From IMG/VR virus record IMGVR_UViG_3300046777_002658, positions 96,001 to 160,000 of that record: DNA of 64,000 nucleotides. One strand, given 5' to 3'. Position numbers and translations under genes: made by a program. Origin of the DNA: a virus. The notes beneath the pieces were generated by a model. That model saw only the letters and a program-made list of their open reading frames with translations. It was not told the DNA's origin and ran no database searches. Positions 28,501 to 37,636 of the stretch are shown piece after piece. The first letter of the stretch is position 1. The number at the start of each line of letters is the position of its first letter.

Positions 28501-29701
28501 CACTGGCAACGCTGGCACATTCGCTACCTTCAAACTGTGCACCACCGGCGCTGATTGCGGGTAGATTCAACTCACCATCCACCTCAGCAAAGTTGGAGGT
28601 ATTAGGTAGCTTATTTTGAATAGCTTGCATACAATAGTCACGAGCTAACCTAAATGCTGCGACTGTTTTAGTTAGTTCAGAAGGGTCGTCTGATGTTCCA
28701 ATGACTAGCTCGCCGTCTTCATAATATTTGTAGCCTACTGCAATAGCATTGACGTTAGATAAATTCCTAATATCTGCTATTGCGGCATCTATAACAAAGT
28801 TTAAGTCCCTACGGCATTTAGTTCCGGAGGGTAGTATGTAGTTATAAGGTGCTGCCTGTAAGTTTGTCAATACCCTGTCAATGATATAGTCCCGATTGGC
28901 TCTAATCAGGTTGGAACCATCAATAAATCGACCGCGTTGTATACCATATTTGAGTTCAGGAGCCGCAGCCCAGTTTAATCCATTGTCCAGGTAGCCATTG
29001 ATGATATCTCGGAGGCTATTGACGTAGGTGGCAAAGCTTGAACCGATTAAGGCGATTATCTGGGAGGCAACGCTACTAAAAGCTATCTTACTGGGTGCGA
29101 CTTCGTTTATCCCAATCCTCCTGGTTTCATCTAGCTCGTAGTAAGCCTTACCAGCTTGGATGCTGTAGAGATTAGACCTAAATAACAGGTCATCGTTGCT
29201 GTTGCCCAAGTCAGCCGCGATCGCATCTACAACATATCCAATGTCTCGCCTACAAGTAGTTTCACTCTCACCTGCTGGAAGGAAAAAAGTATCATAGGCT
29301 GCATTAATAATATCTGTACGAGCGTTCTTAACTGCGACCGCTGCTGCTTTATAGCTGGATGAAACATCTGGATGATCAAAGCCATTGGCAGCAACAAAAA
29401 AGTTGTCCGCAACAGCTTCGCCAACTGTTACCGGAATTGATTGTAAACTCGAAGAAAAAGAAGAAACACCCCACTTTTCCCACTGACCAGATTTGTACAC
29501 ATAAGTCTTGTCTTGGTCTACAACGTAAACCAACAGTCCCTCTTCTAATCTTTCAAGTGGTATAGCATTTCTCTCATCTAGAGTAGCTACACTGTAGTAC
29601 CCTCCCTTCCCATACTTAGCAAAATGAGTTGGGTAAGTGTCTTCACTATCGTTTGGGGCTATCGCTCCAGTAAGGCTAACAGTTCCAGGAATAGAGGCCA
29701 T
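22598..29701 (-). CDS. Large tail fibre / receptor-binding protein with C-terminal alpha/beta-hydrolase (esterase) domain
   Basis: 2367 aa; tail-fibre repeat ATTSQTGIVQL...AATP.AVK, internal GRF.D..NL+RANR repeats, C-terminal GYSKSG nucleophile elbow and SHAW His. Confidence 0.75.
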   Translation of the reverse strand: MASIPGTVSLTGAIAPNDSEDTYPTHFAKYGKGGYYSVATLDERNAIPLERLEEGLLVYVVDQDKTYVYKSGQWEKWGVSSFSSSLQSIPVTVGEAVADNFFVAANGFDHPDVSSSYKAAAVAVKNARTDIINAAYDTFFLPAGESETTCRRDIGYVVDAIAADLGNSNDDLLFRSNLYSIQAGKAYYELDETRRIGINEVAPSKIAFSSVASQIIALIGSSFATYVNSLRDIINGYLDNGLNWAAAPELKYGIQRGRFIDGSNLIRANRDYIIDRVLTNLQAAPYNYILPSGTKCRRDLNFVIDAAIADIRNLSNVNAIAVGYKYYEDGELVIGTSDDPSELTKTVAAFRLARDYCMQAIQNKLPNTSNFAEVDGELNLPAISAGGAQFEGSECASVASAAYSIFNIIIGYLENGLDWADAPKRKVGLIEKELPGQSWRTAFASIKRALAEVAKFPEKECTVRVSSGRFYEDNPLIIPQPKTAVIGDNLRTTTICPLNHGQDLFKIDSGTYLNYMVFEDNYRGGFGILDSSNQVNPREMSATATTLRLFPGHTIKDTPGRFKDAANLVRANRLYIDAQVIDYNALPIIDAVIADLRIMGNINSIEAIAVNNPTKITQTKDLILSAIRGDLPNSEANQTSGTDFNSLNPGGVNYDTGDCANVQSAAATLVDLISAIAAGNPPPKANTGTLLLVNQEWMQIASLNGNDLVIGSRGVFNTTATRHISGSKCTQNAKAFRYAAAFKDGVNIFLSPYIQNCSNISVLGRTVLKSDGSGELDDTKTLAGGILVDGGVLANTSPIASMVMDAFTQIVSGSVGFHHKRNGYSQLVSVFQVFEDIGILCESGAYTSVTNSATNFGNYALKAVGFSDTSFPFYEGTLVGAENVNLGFNNTPSNIFESTFANAGNNQTRVTLTLEADKIGQFVVGQTITVAGHSVAAANGTGLIITNVQASDRTISYIVDIPFGSGIAAGGQTGTVTITQGRQVTRLSISGFTSIPLPNYVVKVRILGTSNFYTRTDELEYIVEEATPFNNSGITVVTLQVLWEGALPGNTAIELRRPSTINSSSHTFEFIGSGINYTALPENGGVTDPQTQTVEVNSGRVYCSATDQDGNFTVGPFFNVDLKSGKVTFTGTVSLGVIDEIQLKNSPGVPIREFSIDTDLSGDTGAANTRIPTQRAIRDFVKNKLGNLFDKTSGTSGGGSSFAGQLVELTQQGFISETQLPPRSPFNIFNVANQAERLALTNVNQGDYAAQADTGVVYVLKTIANGGASVDDNWAILPSGVTSASSIAGVIPVTNLGSGTANASTFLAGDSSYKPVVRSLLSGNESVVIGTDAITPGTYPTNSKVGDITVTVNTVGYSQGQTSGASTLGVAKFDYTDFDISNGVVSIKNEAVDLNEIAHVPGNSVLGNNSGTTGVVRSLPLNDVVATVPTIAVSFSGSTYSIAVNDVSLGSNPVLTLTKGQTYKFNLNVTGHGFNITTTSGTVSGNLYSTGLIGTNGTQVTNDSTKFIWTVPLNAPNTLFYQDGVTLTNFGVINLTGGAIASTEKGANNGVATLDSNGKVPQTQLTIVGTTNRIAVNSTTNAIDLATVSQTDTNGEAGINFVQSVSKDTYGRITGRVLADIRTATTSQTGIVQLNSSITSTSETEAATPLAVKAYVDSSLTDMAKTNTSQQFEGFQGSLREVQDISGDVIIDGRLSNIYDLTVTGNVTSLTFTNLQSGKYIINIIQGSVPYSVSLNPSVFKAAEESTPVSTEAYKKSKLIGDCDGSFIEYELKIWDTQFRESFSAIWGPIISEINSERTALGQSLLSVNSANLIKNKVKFLNGEATDWSIANGLTPVNVFNKIVLSVSLSSAVNVGSGSSAVMEVGISGGIPTIAPVNAKATLEANYTWDTFFSGVPAQNDSVIISTQGLNFTHGASGDGITAIITGFNATSDLWAATGQAGAGQGNRVLAFQDNPTSLKGYNSSNGLSILGWRGATFRDTQGLIWDHNLGGDELAQFSSAYWQGATALGMRNGTSFNQNLRTRNAGDTYTQQETPINPHELRMGKLISGYSANNPIFVACPSYIPSVIILKGYPTQTEIDNLLRGMLQFEIDAHTLGLSANQFRIISTSTDANGIINHNVISRKAGFVRIRVKPPTSPAAGKPPRYCYLLEATTIPAQTSFGVGIEHCTVTESYHNDYNMTFIEVDFPDECWYADHPTYAHQRWESFYDEELIPWVENNFGTPGDKRVLIGYSKSGWGALTKIFRNQSLYSAAACFDAPLYSNTINHANFFGAGTFIFGTQANLDTYYPPTLATNNAANFTSTNRIWISRGTGGFPAIKFPTDMQNFTTHLTNLGIQHTYSLAGTSHAWSGGWTDEAMAFLDTASL

Positions 29702-29712
29702 AAAATTTATCT

Positions 29713-31065
29713 TTATCCTAAATTAATAGTTAATGCGCCAGCAGTCGGGTTGAAAGTTCTGTACAAGTTATAAGTTACAGAAACACCAAGTCTGGTTAAA
29801 GTAACTTGGCTAGTGTTAGCCATAGGAACATCAAAACCACCGCTTGTAAAAGAAGTGTAAACAGGATAGCTAGTAGGAAGAAATATATAAAGGTAAGCAC
29901 TAGCTCCTGCTGGTTTTGTAACAGATGTTGGTCTACTAAGAGTATTATTTATAGTAGTTAACTCAGAAGTATTAACAACTGACCCAGATGTTGAGTAGCC
30001 GGTAAAAGTCCTGTGAGCCCAAGTAATAGTAATTGAGTTACTTACAACCTGTTGAGTTTTTGTATTAGTACCAACAGCGTTCCAACTATAGAAACCCGGA
30101 GAGACTCTAACATTAGGTATAGAGTTGTAATTAGGAATGTACGGGTTAGAAACGGTAGACCCATCACCTTTATATACAATAGACCCAGGCAGTAGATTCT
30201 GGTTATTCTGGACTGTAGCCGTAAATAAGATCTCCTCGTTAAGACCAAGCAACCTCTCTCCAACCTCTACAGTTCTGCTAACCCCCAAATTACTACTAGC
30301 TATACTAATAACAGGGTTCTGATAAGGATTTAGAAGTTGGTTTAATACATCAGAAAAAGGAATGTTGTTAAAGGTACTTCCAGCCTCTATTCCCCCAACA
30401 GTAGCCAACGAGGGGTTGGAGTTAGTGTAAGTAGCTTTAACAGTTGCTAACTGACTTTGAACAAATTTAGTGTTTGCTACCAGACTGCTGGCATCATTTT
30501 CGGGTGCATCAGGAACGTAAACCTGGGAGTCAAATGTAGTTACAAACTTAAAGGTAGCTACATCCTCAAAGGTGACGTCATCATAGAAATCAACCTTTTT
30601 ATTAAACTTTGCAGAGCCATCAGAAGCAACTACTACACTCTCTATGTTATTTATGTCAAGAATAGATAAAAGAGAGGACTGTTGACCTTGTGTAGGCTTA
30701 ATAACAACATTCTTAGATGTAAGGACAGACTGCTGGTTTAGACTTCTACCTGCTTCTATCCAGTCAGAGCCGTCCCACAGCTTAAGAATATTTATACTGC
30801 TTGAGTTGTCTAACCACATCTCACCCTTTGAGAGCTCCGTATTAACTAGTAAACCAGTTTGGGCAGAAGCAGAAACTTGAGGATTGTTTGGTGGTGTTGC
30901 TCCAACATAACAAGGACCAAGTTTAATAGTTTTATTAGAGGTGACTTTATAATAAACGCCTGGGTCAGAAGCTTCATTATTTATTAGTAGCTCTCCAACT
31001 AACAAATCCGCTGGGAGAGGTCTGTATTCAGGAGTCTGGTCAGACCGGAGTTGGATTCTTGACAT
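29713..31065 (-). CDS. Tail-associated structural protein
   Basis: Thr/Ser/Gly-rich; shares the N-terminal GEL..N......G++.+....K.++.GP.YV motif with 31497..35543; contains +AN T.FV fibre motif. Confidence 0.65.
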   Translation of the reverse strand: MSRIQLRSDQTPEYRPLPADLLVGELLINNEASDPGVYYKVTSNKTIKLGPCYVGATPPNNPQVSASAQTGLLVNTELSKGEMWLDNSSSINILKLWDGSDWIEAGRSLNQQSVLTSKNVVIKPTQGQQSSLLSILDINNIESVVVASDGSAKFNKKVDFYDDVTFEDVATFKFVTTFDSQVYVPDAPENDASSLVANTKFVQSQLATVKATYTNSNPSLATVGGIEAGSTFNNIPFSDVLNQLLNPYQNPVISIASSNLGVSRTVEVGERLLGLNEEILFTATVQNNQNLLPGSIVYKGDGSTVSNPYIPNYNSIPNVRVSPGFYSWNAVGTNTKTQQVVSNSITITWAHRTFTGYSTSGSVVNTSELTTINNTLSRPTSVTKPAGASAYLYIFLPTSYPVYTSFTSGGFDVPMANTSQVTLTRLGVSVTYNLYRTFNPTAGALTINLG

Positions 31066-31149
31066 ATTTTCTTATACAAAAAGATATTTAAGTATTTAAA
31101 CTATAATCTCAATATAAACAAGTGTCTTTGAACTAAGAAGTTTACATTT

Positions 31150-31494
31150 TCACATACTTTGCGGAAGCTCTGGCCATATAATATCTTCCGGAGATTTGTA
31201 GTCAGAAGTTATATCCCTCAGCAACTGTCTGTATGTGTCCCACTCTTTCTTGTTCTTTAAAGTAACATCAGGAAGCTGACTAAAGTCAGACTCTTGTAGA
31301 AGCCTGTTTCTCTTAGCTCTAGCCTGCTGCCAACTTAATATTTTTCTGTACTCAGAAGGAGTATTACCTTCTTGAAGCCAAGTTAGTGCTTGTTTGGCTT
31401 TAGGATCTTTGCTACCACTAGCAATACAAACAAAAGCCCCAGAGCTGTTTTCTACTAAGTAATGCAAACCTAAATGAGATTGTGAGTAGGACAT
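31150..31494 (-). CDS. Phage tail (fibre) assembly chaperone
   Basis: W...R.KRN.LL.ESDFSQLPD......W..YRQ.LRDI......P..+.WP. Confidence 0.85.
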   Translation of the reverse strand: MSYSQSHLGLHYLVENSSGAFVCIASGSKDPKAKQALTWLQEGNTPSEYRKILSWQQARAKRNRLLQESDFSQLPDVTLKNKKEWDTYRQLLRDITSDYKSPEDIIWPELPQSM

Positions 31495-31496
31495 AC

Positions 31497-34400
31497 TTAA
31501 ACCTTTATGATAACTATTATGCCGTGAGCTGGGTGTTCATTAACAAGATTACCACCACTTTGTGTGTATAAATACTGAATAAAGTTGTAACCGGATTTTA
31601 GTGTTCTAGCCCAGTTAGAGTTAGCTGTGCTATTTGTAGAGCTTACCTCGCCGTAAAAAGCGTCATCAGGAGCTTGCTCTATACTATTAATACCAGGAGC
31701 TACATATAACACAGAGCGAGTTTGAGTATTAGGTATATCCTCGTTATTAGAGTAAATATCTAGGAAAGCTGTCACCAAGCTATCAGAGGCTAACACAAAT
31801 CTACACTGGGAGTTAGTGCCATATATAGGAGGTAGCCCCCAAGTGGGTTGTCCCCACCAAATAGAGTTCCAGGAGTTTCCAAAAAAGTATTTAAGGGTTA
31901 GGTCATATGTATTAAAAAGATTAGCAACATAACATACTGCTGGGTTCATATCTCCAGCAGTATACCTAACACCTCCTAAGTCTATTTTAGTAGTTCCTGC
32001 AGTTGTAGTTCTGACAACACCTATAAGTCTTTTTTCTGGAGATGACTGTTTTACTAATGCTCCATCTTTTGTTTGTCTTGGAGGATAAGTGGTACTATTA
32101 ATCCAGCTAACTGCTTCTAAGCTAAGGACTGGCTCTGTAAAGGTACCAGAGTTGTAAGCATATATATCATAGTTGGTATCAGGGCTAACGGCTCCTATAG
32201 AGATAAGACTAAACTCTAAAGGAGCTTCAGGGTTTGGCAGACTTAACAAAATCCACTGAGATATGCTAGAATCATATACAGATACCTCTGACCCACCATA
32301 AGGATGAAGAAAAATAGAGGTTGAAGAGCCACTTTTTGAAGGAACAGGAGTGTCTGAAAAAGCACTTAGTCTAATAGTGACAATACTCTTCATTAAAGCA
32401 CTTAGCTTACTACTAACAAATATAGGAAGTTGGGCCGGTGTTACAGCTCTAAATCTGTCTGTTGCTTGAGAAACTTCTGCATCGGAAGAAAGCTCTATAA
32501 ACCCAGGCTGCTCTGTCGTAGCATAAGTTAGAGAGTTTGTAGTTACAGATTTTGTAAATCTTGTTCTGGAGTCAATGGATAGCTTTGTAGAACGTAAGTC
32601 CAATGTAGAATTAGGAAACATTAGAAGGCGCTCTGTCACAGTTACCTTCTTAAAAACTAAAGAGTCATTGTCTGTTCCATTAATAGTTCTTTCGTTACCA
32701 GTTTTTAAGTCTACTACTTTGTCACCAATAATAAAGTTTCCATCTTGGTCCATACCAGTAGCATAAACTCTTCCTCCACCAGTCTCTGTTTTGATGCGCT
32801 CCATAGACTGAGCAAAAGTAAATACTCTCTGCTGAAACTTAGGTAGTGCAGAGGAGTAGTTCATGTACCCTTGCCACTCCCAAGTGTGTTGAGAGCATCT
32901 AATTATAGATGGTCTAGCAAACTGAGCTCTAATAGTTACAGGCAGCGTAACTTCACTACTAGAAGGAACTAATATACTATTTTGTTCTGTAGTTGATAAT
33001 CCAAGAGCAGTAAGAATATCTTGAGTAGATCTGTAAGTTAAGCTATTAGGAGAGTTAGGATTAGGGTTATTAACCTCTAAAATGGGGTATAAGTCAGAAA
33101 GAAGTTCATTTCTTCCTTCTCCACTCAATAAGGCTATTAAATAAGTTCCTGTGGCTAATGGTGTACCGTTAAGGTTTGTATCTCTGACTTTTGCCACAAA
33201 TAAGGTTTTAGCAAGAACCTTACCCATTAGTAGTTCGTTAAAACGAAGAATAAAGTTTTCAACAGGTTTTCTTTGGGATTCAGAGGTTATACCCTCAAGC
33301 TTTAGCCAGTATATTTTTTCGTCTTCTTGGCGGTTATCAGGCACTCTATTTATAAAAATAGGGAAGTTTTCTAAGTTTGCCTTATTAGTAAAGATTCCGT
33401 TAGAGGTTTCTTGAGTTATAAAATACCAACCATTACTATCTTGAGCAAATAAAGGAGCAGTAGAAGACAGCTTACTGCTGTATATAGTTCCTTCACCATT
33501 ATCAATATAGATATTTTCTCCTGGTACAAAAGTGTAGGGGGAGATTCTTTCTTCCGCTAGGTCACCATCAACATAGAGCTTTGTGGCAGTTGATAAAGCT
33601 GGAAGAAAAGGAAGAATAAAAATCTCTACCTTATTATCTGGAATAGGCTTAGGAGGTATAAGAGTGGTTATAGTTCCACCAGTATCTTGAGGAAGAATGT
33701 TGTTACTGTAACCTGTAGAAACTAAGGATAAGTCTCCAAAGTTTGAGCAGGAGTTAGTTATGCTCATCTCACCACCGTCTGCAGTGTTGTAGTGAATGGC
33801 TGAACCAACTACAAAACAGGAAACTATCTGGATATAGGAATTGTTGCAAGCCTTAAAGGAGAAGTGTCTCCAATCAGCTTTATATCTTTTACCTCCAGGG
33901 TAAGTATTATCTTCTTCAAAAGCTAAAGGGTCAACCTGCTGAGAGACGTTAGTAAACTGAGCTGTGACCATGCTTCTTAAACCAGAAGATCTAGCTCCAT
34001 CAACCAGCATTCCGCACAGACCAAACCTAGATAAAACTGAACAGTTAAAAATGTAGGGAGAGGAGCCAGCCACACTATCCACAACAGGAAAGTTGTTAGA
34101 GTCTAGAGCAGTAGCTGATAGAGTAGAGGCGACTATAGTATTCTCTTGCTCTACTGTAGAAAGCTCTCCACTGTTCATAGTAGGACTAGTAGTGTTTCCT
34201 AACCCTCTAAAAATTTTGGCATAGTAGCCTGATGTAGAATTAGATAGCTCGTCAGAACTTGTAAACTCAATACAAGTGCATAAGTGGTGACTAGAAAGAA
34301 TGCTTAAGTTATCTGTAAAAGTAAGAGAGTTACAGTAAACCCCTCCTGTCACTTTAAAGATTGAAGTTCTGCCTGTACCAAAACACTGGTCGTCAGCAAT

Positions 34401-35543
34401 CCAAGCTTGTAGATCACCAACATACCTCGGTCTGATTCTTGTCTTTCTCAAATCAGCACCAACCAATGAACAACCTCTTGGAACAGTAATACCACCGTTA
34501 ACAGAGTTATAAGCTCTGTGCTGAGGAACTGAAATTGTTTGAGTAGCTATCCATGAACCAGTAACTGACTTTAAGGTATAGCCATCATTTAAGACTTCTT
34601 GAATAATTGCTCTGCCACCACCGCTAGAGAATATTTGTTGACCAGCTATAAGCTCTTCTTCAAAAGCACCAGAGACTATCAACTTCTTTGCCACAAGGTC
34701 ATAGCTAACAATAGTACCCACCGTTAATGGCTGGATAGCACCTATCGAAGAACTGTTTAGAATAGCTAGGTCTGTTGCTAAACTAGCACCAGGTCTGTTG
34801 TCAACAAGATAGTCGCCAACTTCTATAAACACTGTAGAGGTAGCATAGTAGTCAGTAACGTCACCAGCATTTGGTCTATAGCTTACTTTAGCTACTTCTA
34901 GAAGAGCTCTCTCAATAGTCTTAAAAGGTCTGTAGAGGTCTCTACCATCGTTTTCAACAGCGTCATTACCCGAGTAGCCATCAACATAAAAAGAGAAGCT
35001 GGGTTCTTTTTCAGATACAAGCTTTCTGTCCGTCTTCCATAGGTCTAAAGATAAAGGAGTTACAGCTGTGTCTGGTGCTGTACCCTCCAGAACCTCTTGG
35101 CTGGTAGCTAACTCTATTAGCCCTGCCGTAGAAGTTGTAGCTAGAGAAGGAGTCAACTTCTGCCAGACTGTACCATCGTGGACAAAGAAAGCTTTATCAG
35201 TCTGGCGGTACCATAACTGCCCTGTTTTGTTCAAGCTGGCATTATTAATATTTGCTACAGTAGGGCTGTTAGCACTAATCAAGTCGCTGGTAACGTAGGC
35301 TGGCCCTATTCTAATAAGTTTATCTCCAGGAGACTCTGTGGAAGCAGCGCCAACTCTCATAAATATTCCAGCAGAGGAGATAACGCTGTCCTCCGCGTGA
35401 GTATTGACAGCTAACTCTCCTTTATAAAGACCAGTAAACTGGCTGTCCGCATTAAGAGTTGTAGCTAGTCCAGGGAGTGCTGTGCTGCTGGCTGAGTTTT
35501 TTAGAATAATTCTGGTAGTGTCAAAGTCTTCTGGACGAGGCAT
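31497..35543 (-). CDS. Tail fibre protein (cyanophage-type)
   Basis: YVDG..GND..ENDG....RPFKTIERAL+E, +P.G.S+VG.DLRKT.+RP.YV, two fibre repeats (ATT..AG.IEL...AVTP). Confidence 0.8.
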   Translation of the reverse strand: MPRPEDFDTTRIILKNSASSTALPGLATTLNADSQFTGLYKGELAVNTHAEDSVISSAGIFMRVGAASTESPGDKLIRIGPAYVTSDLISANSPTVANINNASLNKTGQLWYRQTDKAFFVHDGTVWQKLTPSLATTSTAGLIELATSQEVLEGTAPDTAVTPLSLDLWKTDRKLVSEKEPSFSFYVDGYSGNDAVENDGRDLYRPFKTIERALLEVAKVSYRPNAGDVTDYYATSTVFIEVGDYLVDNRPGASLATDLAILNSSSIGAIQPLTVGTIVSYDLVAKKLIVSGAFEEELIAGQQIFSSGGGRAIIQEVLNDGYTLKSVTGSWIATQTISVPQHRAYNSVNGGITVPRGCSLVGADLRKTRIRPRYVGDLQAWIADDQCFGTGRTSIFKVTGGVYCNSLTFTDNLSILSSHHLCTCIEFTSSDELSNSTSGYYAKIFRGLGNTTSPTMNSGELSTVEQENTIVASTLSATALDSNNFPVVDSVAGSSPYIFNCSVLSRFGLCGMLVDGARSSGLRSMVTAQFTNVSQQVDPLAFEEDNTYPGGKRYKADWRHFSFKACNNSYIQIVSCFVVGSAIHYNTADGGEMSITNSCSNFGDLSLVSTGYSNNILPQDTGGTITTLIPPKPIPDNKVEIFILPFLPALSTATKLYVDGDLAEERISPYTFVPGENIYIDNGEGTIYSSKLSSTAPLFAQDSNGWYFITQETSNGIFTNKANLENFPIFINRVPDNRQEDEKIYWLKLEGITSESQRKPVENFILRFNELLMGKVLAKTLFVAKVRDTNLNGTPLATGTYLIALLSGEGRNELLSDLYPILEVNNPNPNSPNSLTYRSTQDILTALGLSTTEQNSILVPSSSEVTLPVTIRAQFARPSIIRCSQHTWEWQGYMNYSSALPKFQQRVFTFAQSMERIKTETGGGRVYATGMDQDGNFIIGDKVVDLKTGNERTINGTDNDSLVFKKVTVTERLLMFPNSTLDLRSTKLSIDSRTRFTKSVTTNSLTYATTEQPGFIELSSDAEVSQATDRFRAVTPAQLPIFVSSKLSALMKSIVTIRLSAFSDTPVPSKSGSSTSIFLHPYGGSEVSVYDSSISQWILLSLPNPEAPLEFSLISIGAVSPDTNYDIYAYNSGTFTEPVLSLEAVSWINSTTYPPRQTKDGALVKQSSPEKRLIGVVRTTTAGTTKIDLGGVRYTAGDMNPAVCYVANLFNTYDLTLKYFFGNSWNSIWWGQPTWGLPPIYGTNSQCRFVLASDSLVTAFLDIYSNNEDIPNTQTRSVLYVAPGINSIEQAPDDAFYGEVSSTNSTANSNWARTLKSGYNFIQYLYTQSGGNLVNEHPAHGIIVIIKV

Positions 35544-35592
35544 ATTTTTAGTTAGTTAAATAAGTGAAAAAGATGACGAACAGTTCGTTGAG

Positions 35593-35838
35593 CTAAAATG
35601 TTCCACCATACAAAAACTTAGAAGATAAACCAGAGTCCTCTATAACCTCAACTTTTGGCTCTAGGATACTAACTCTGGTCATGACAGTATCAAGCAACTC
35701 CATATTAAAGTTAAAGTAATAAGCAATATGGTAAGCCCTGTCGGAAGCGGGGTCGCTTGGAAACTCACCTAGATAGAGCAAGTTTAAATTGTTAGCTGTT
35801 TGTATAGTAGATCTTGTCGTACCAGCTATAAAAGGCAT
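35593..35838 (-). CDS. Hypothetical protein
   Basis: First ORF of the - strand module. Confidence 0.5.
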   Translation of the reverse strand: MPFIAGTTRSTIQTANNLNLLYLGEFPSDPASDRAYHIAYYFNFNMELLDTVMTRVSILEPKVEVIEDSGLSSKFLYGGTF

Positions 35839-35972
35839 AAATTCTATTAATATACTTAATCCAACTTACCACGCTACAAAAAGGTCTGCTGGTTTTTAGA
35901 CAAGAAGATTCAAGCTCTCTAAAATAAGAAAAAAGAGTAAGGAACGAACAACCTAATCAACACAGTAATAAT

Positions 35973-36251
35973 ATGGCTATACTACAAAGAGACTTGAGTA
36001 ATACTCAATTTGTTGAGTCTGTTAAAAGAATGGCGGGAACTTTAGAAAGAAAGAAACAGCTTTCCTTGATTATTGAAGAAAAGACAACTAAATTGTCTGA
36101 GCTGATAGCAAGCATTAAGGCTGACCAAGCTGAACTAGAAGAGCTTAACAGGACTGCTGACGGGTTTAAAGAGTTAATGGCTGATCAAGAATTTAGCTCC
36201 AGTCTTTCTTCTCTAGCAAACTTTATTAGTGAGAATAATGCGAATAACTAA
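35973..36251 (+). CDS. Hypothetical coiled-coil protein
   Basis: First ORF of the + strand replication block. Confidence 0.6.
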   Translation: MAILQRDLSNTQFVESVKRMAGTLERKKQLSLIIEEKTTKLSELIASIKADQAELEELNRTADGFKELMADQEFSSSLSSLANFISENNANN

Positions 36252-36714
36252 GATTATAAGCGGAGGACAGTCAGGTGTTGACAGAGCAGGCTTAGAGGCT
36301 GCTTTTGATTTAGGTATAGAAACAGGAGGTACAGCACCAAAAAGTTGGAGAATCTGCTTACAAGATGGTAGTGATGGATCTGACCCAGAGCTTGGAACAA
36401 AGTTTGGTTTGGTGGAACACTTTAGCTATGACTATCCCCCAAGAACCAGACAGAATATTTTAGACAGTGATAGAACAGTGTGGTTTGGTTCTAAGTCTCC
36501 AGGTAGCCTTATCACTATCAATACGTGCATTAAGCAGCGCAAGCCTTATATTCTAAACCCTTCAGACCAACAGTTGGCTGACTGGATCTTAAAGAACAAC
36601 ATATCTGTCTTAAACGTTGCAGGTAATAGACTTACACACTTTAACCAAGGTAGAGTTCAAAGAGCTTATAACACAGTTACAAAAGCTCTAAAACTTTTAA
36701 TGGCTAGTAACTGA
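36229..36714 (+). CDS. SLOG-superfamily 'putative molybdenum carrier' protein
   Basis: KIISGGQSGVDRAGL.AA...GI.TGG.AP..W...RT..NI.DSD.T...LNVAGNR. Confidence 0.85.
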   Translation: MRIMRITKIISGGQSGVDRAGLEAAFDLGIETGGTAPKSWRICLQDGSDGSDPELGTKFGLVEHFSYDYPPRTRQNILDSDRTVWFGSKSPGSLITINTCIKQRKPYILNPSDQQLADWILKNNISVLNVAGNRLTHFNQGRVQRAYNTVTKALKLLMASN

Positions 36715-36732
36715 TTTTATAAAGGAAGCAAA

Positions 36733-37092
36733 ATGGGTCTAACACAACAAAAGAAAAGTTGCTTGGCTCTTTCTGACAAGATAACAAGTTTAAAATCTGC
36801 CTTGCTGGAGGCAGTAATAAAAAAAGAACAATGGGAGGCGGAAAAAGAGATAGAAGCGTCTTTTGTGAGAACTGAGTTAAAGAACGAACAGCAGCGCAAA
36901 GCTTTTATCCTTGACCAAAAGTTTAAACCTGGCAGTCCGTGGAAAGAAATGTTTGTACAAGTCGAAAATCTAAAGATGGAGTTACAACAAGTAATGAGGG
37001 AGTACAGGATAGAGATTATAGTTTTCTCTGCTAACTGCAAGGGTGTTTTAGACAGTGAACTACCAGAGGAGGACTCCTCATTTGGCTTCTAG
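36733..37092 (+). CDS. Hypothetical coiled-coil protein
   Basis: 119-aa ORF within the operon. Confidence 0.6.
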   Translation: MGLTQQKKSCLALSDKITSLKSALLEAVIKKEQWEAEKEIEASFVRTELKNEQQRKAFILDQKFKPGSPWKEMFVQVENLKMELQQVMREYRIEIIVFSANCKGVLDSELPEEDSSFGF

Positions 37093-37636
37093 CGAACATC
37101 TTGGGTATCACAGGCATGAGCTGCCTATAATCTACAGCGAAGGTTCTAGACTTCGTAAAATATTGGTTAACAAAGTAGAAAAACTGTTTAACCAGTACAA
37201 GAATTGCTTAAGAATAGAAGGCTCTATCTTAAGTATGTACGAGTATGACTTTGACAATCTTATGATCTACGAGATGCTGAGAGCTACTTGTAGCAATGGT
37301 GCACAAGAGTTATTAAAGACTTGGGAGAGTGAATCAACAAGAATTATCCAAGAGGGTGTTTTAGCAGCTTGGCTATCTATTGATGGTTATAAATTAAGTA
37401 GAGAGATTCATAAACAAGCTGGAGAGCTGTCTTACGGGTTAGTTCTTAAGCATCCTGTAGCAATCAAAAGAGCTGCTTCATACCTTGCTGGGTTTACAAG
37501 GCAAGATGAGATGACTGGTTTAATGTCTGCTAAGAAAGTCTCTCGATGCCATAACTTTGCTGTAGACAGAGCAATGCAAAGAAATCCGCATAAAAGTAAG
37601 ACAGAGATTGAACTTATTGTACGACCTTATAAATGA
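37055..37636 (+). CDS. Hypothetical protein
   Basis: 193-aa ORF; stop overlaps the next start. Confidence 0.6.
   Translation: MNYQRRTPHLASSEHLGYHRHELPIIYSEGSRLRKILVNKVEKLFNQYKNCLRIEGSILSMYEYDFDNLMIYEMLRATCSNGAQELLKTWESESTRIIQEGVLAAWLSIDGYKLSREIHKQAGELSYGLVLKHPVAIKRAASYLAGFTRQDEMTGLMSAKKVSRCHNFAVDRAMQRNPHKSKTEIELIVRPYK

Noticed and set aside
22598-35838. Invertible tail-fibre cassette
   Set aside because: The module is on the opposite strand, but I found no matching inverted repeats at both ends and no invertase in the window.
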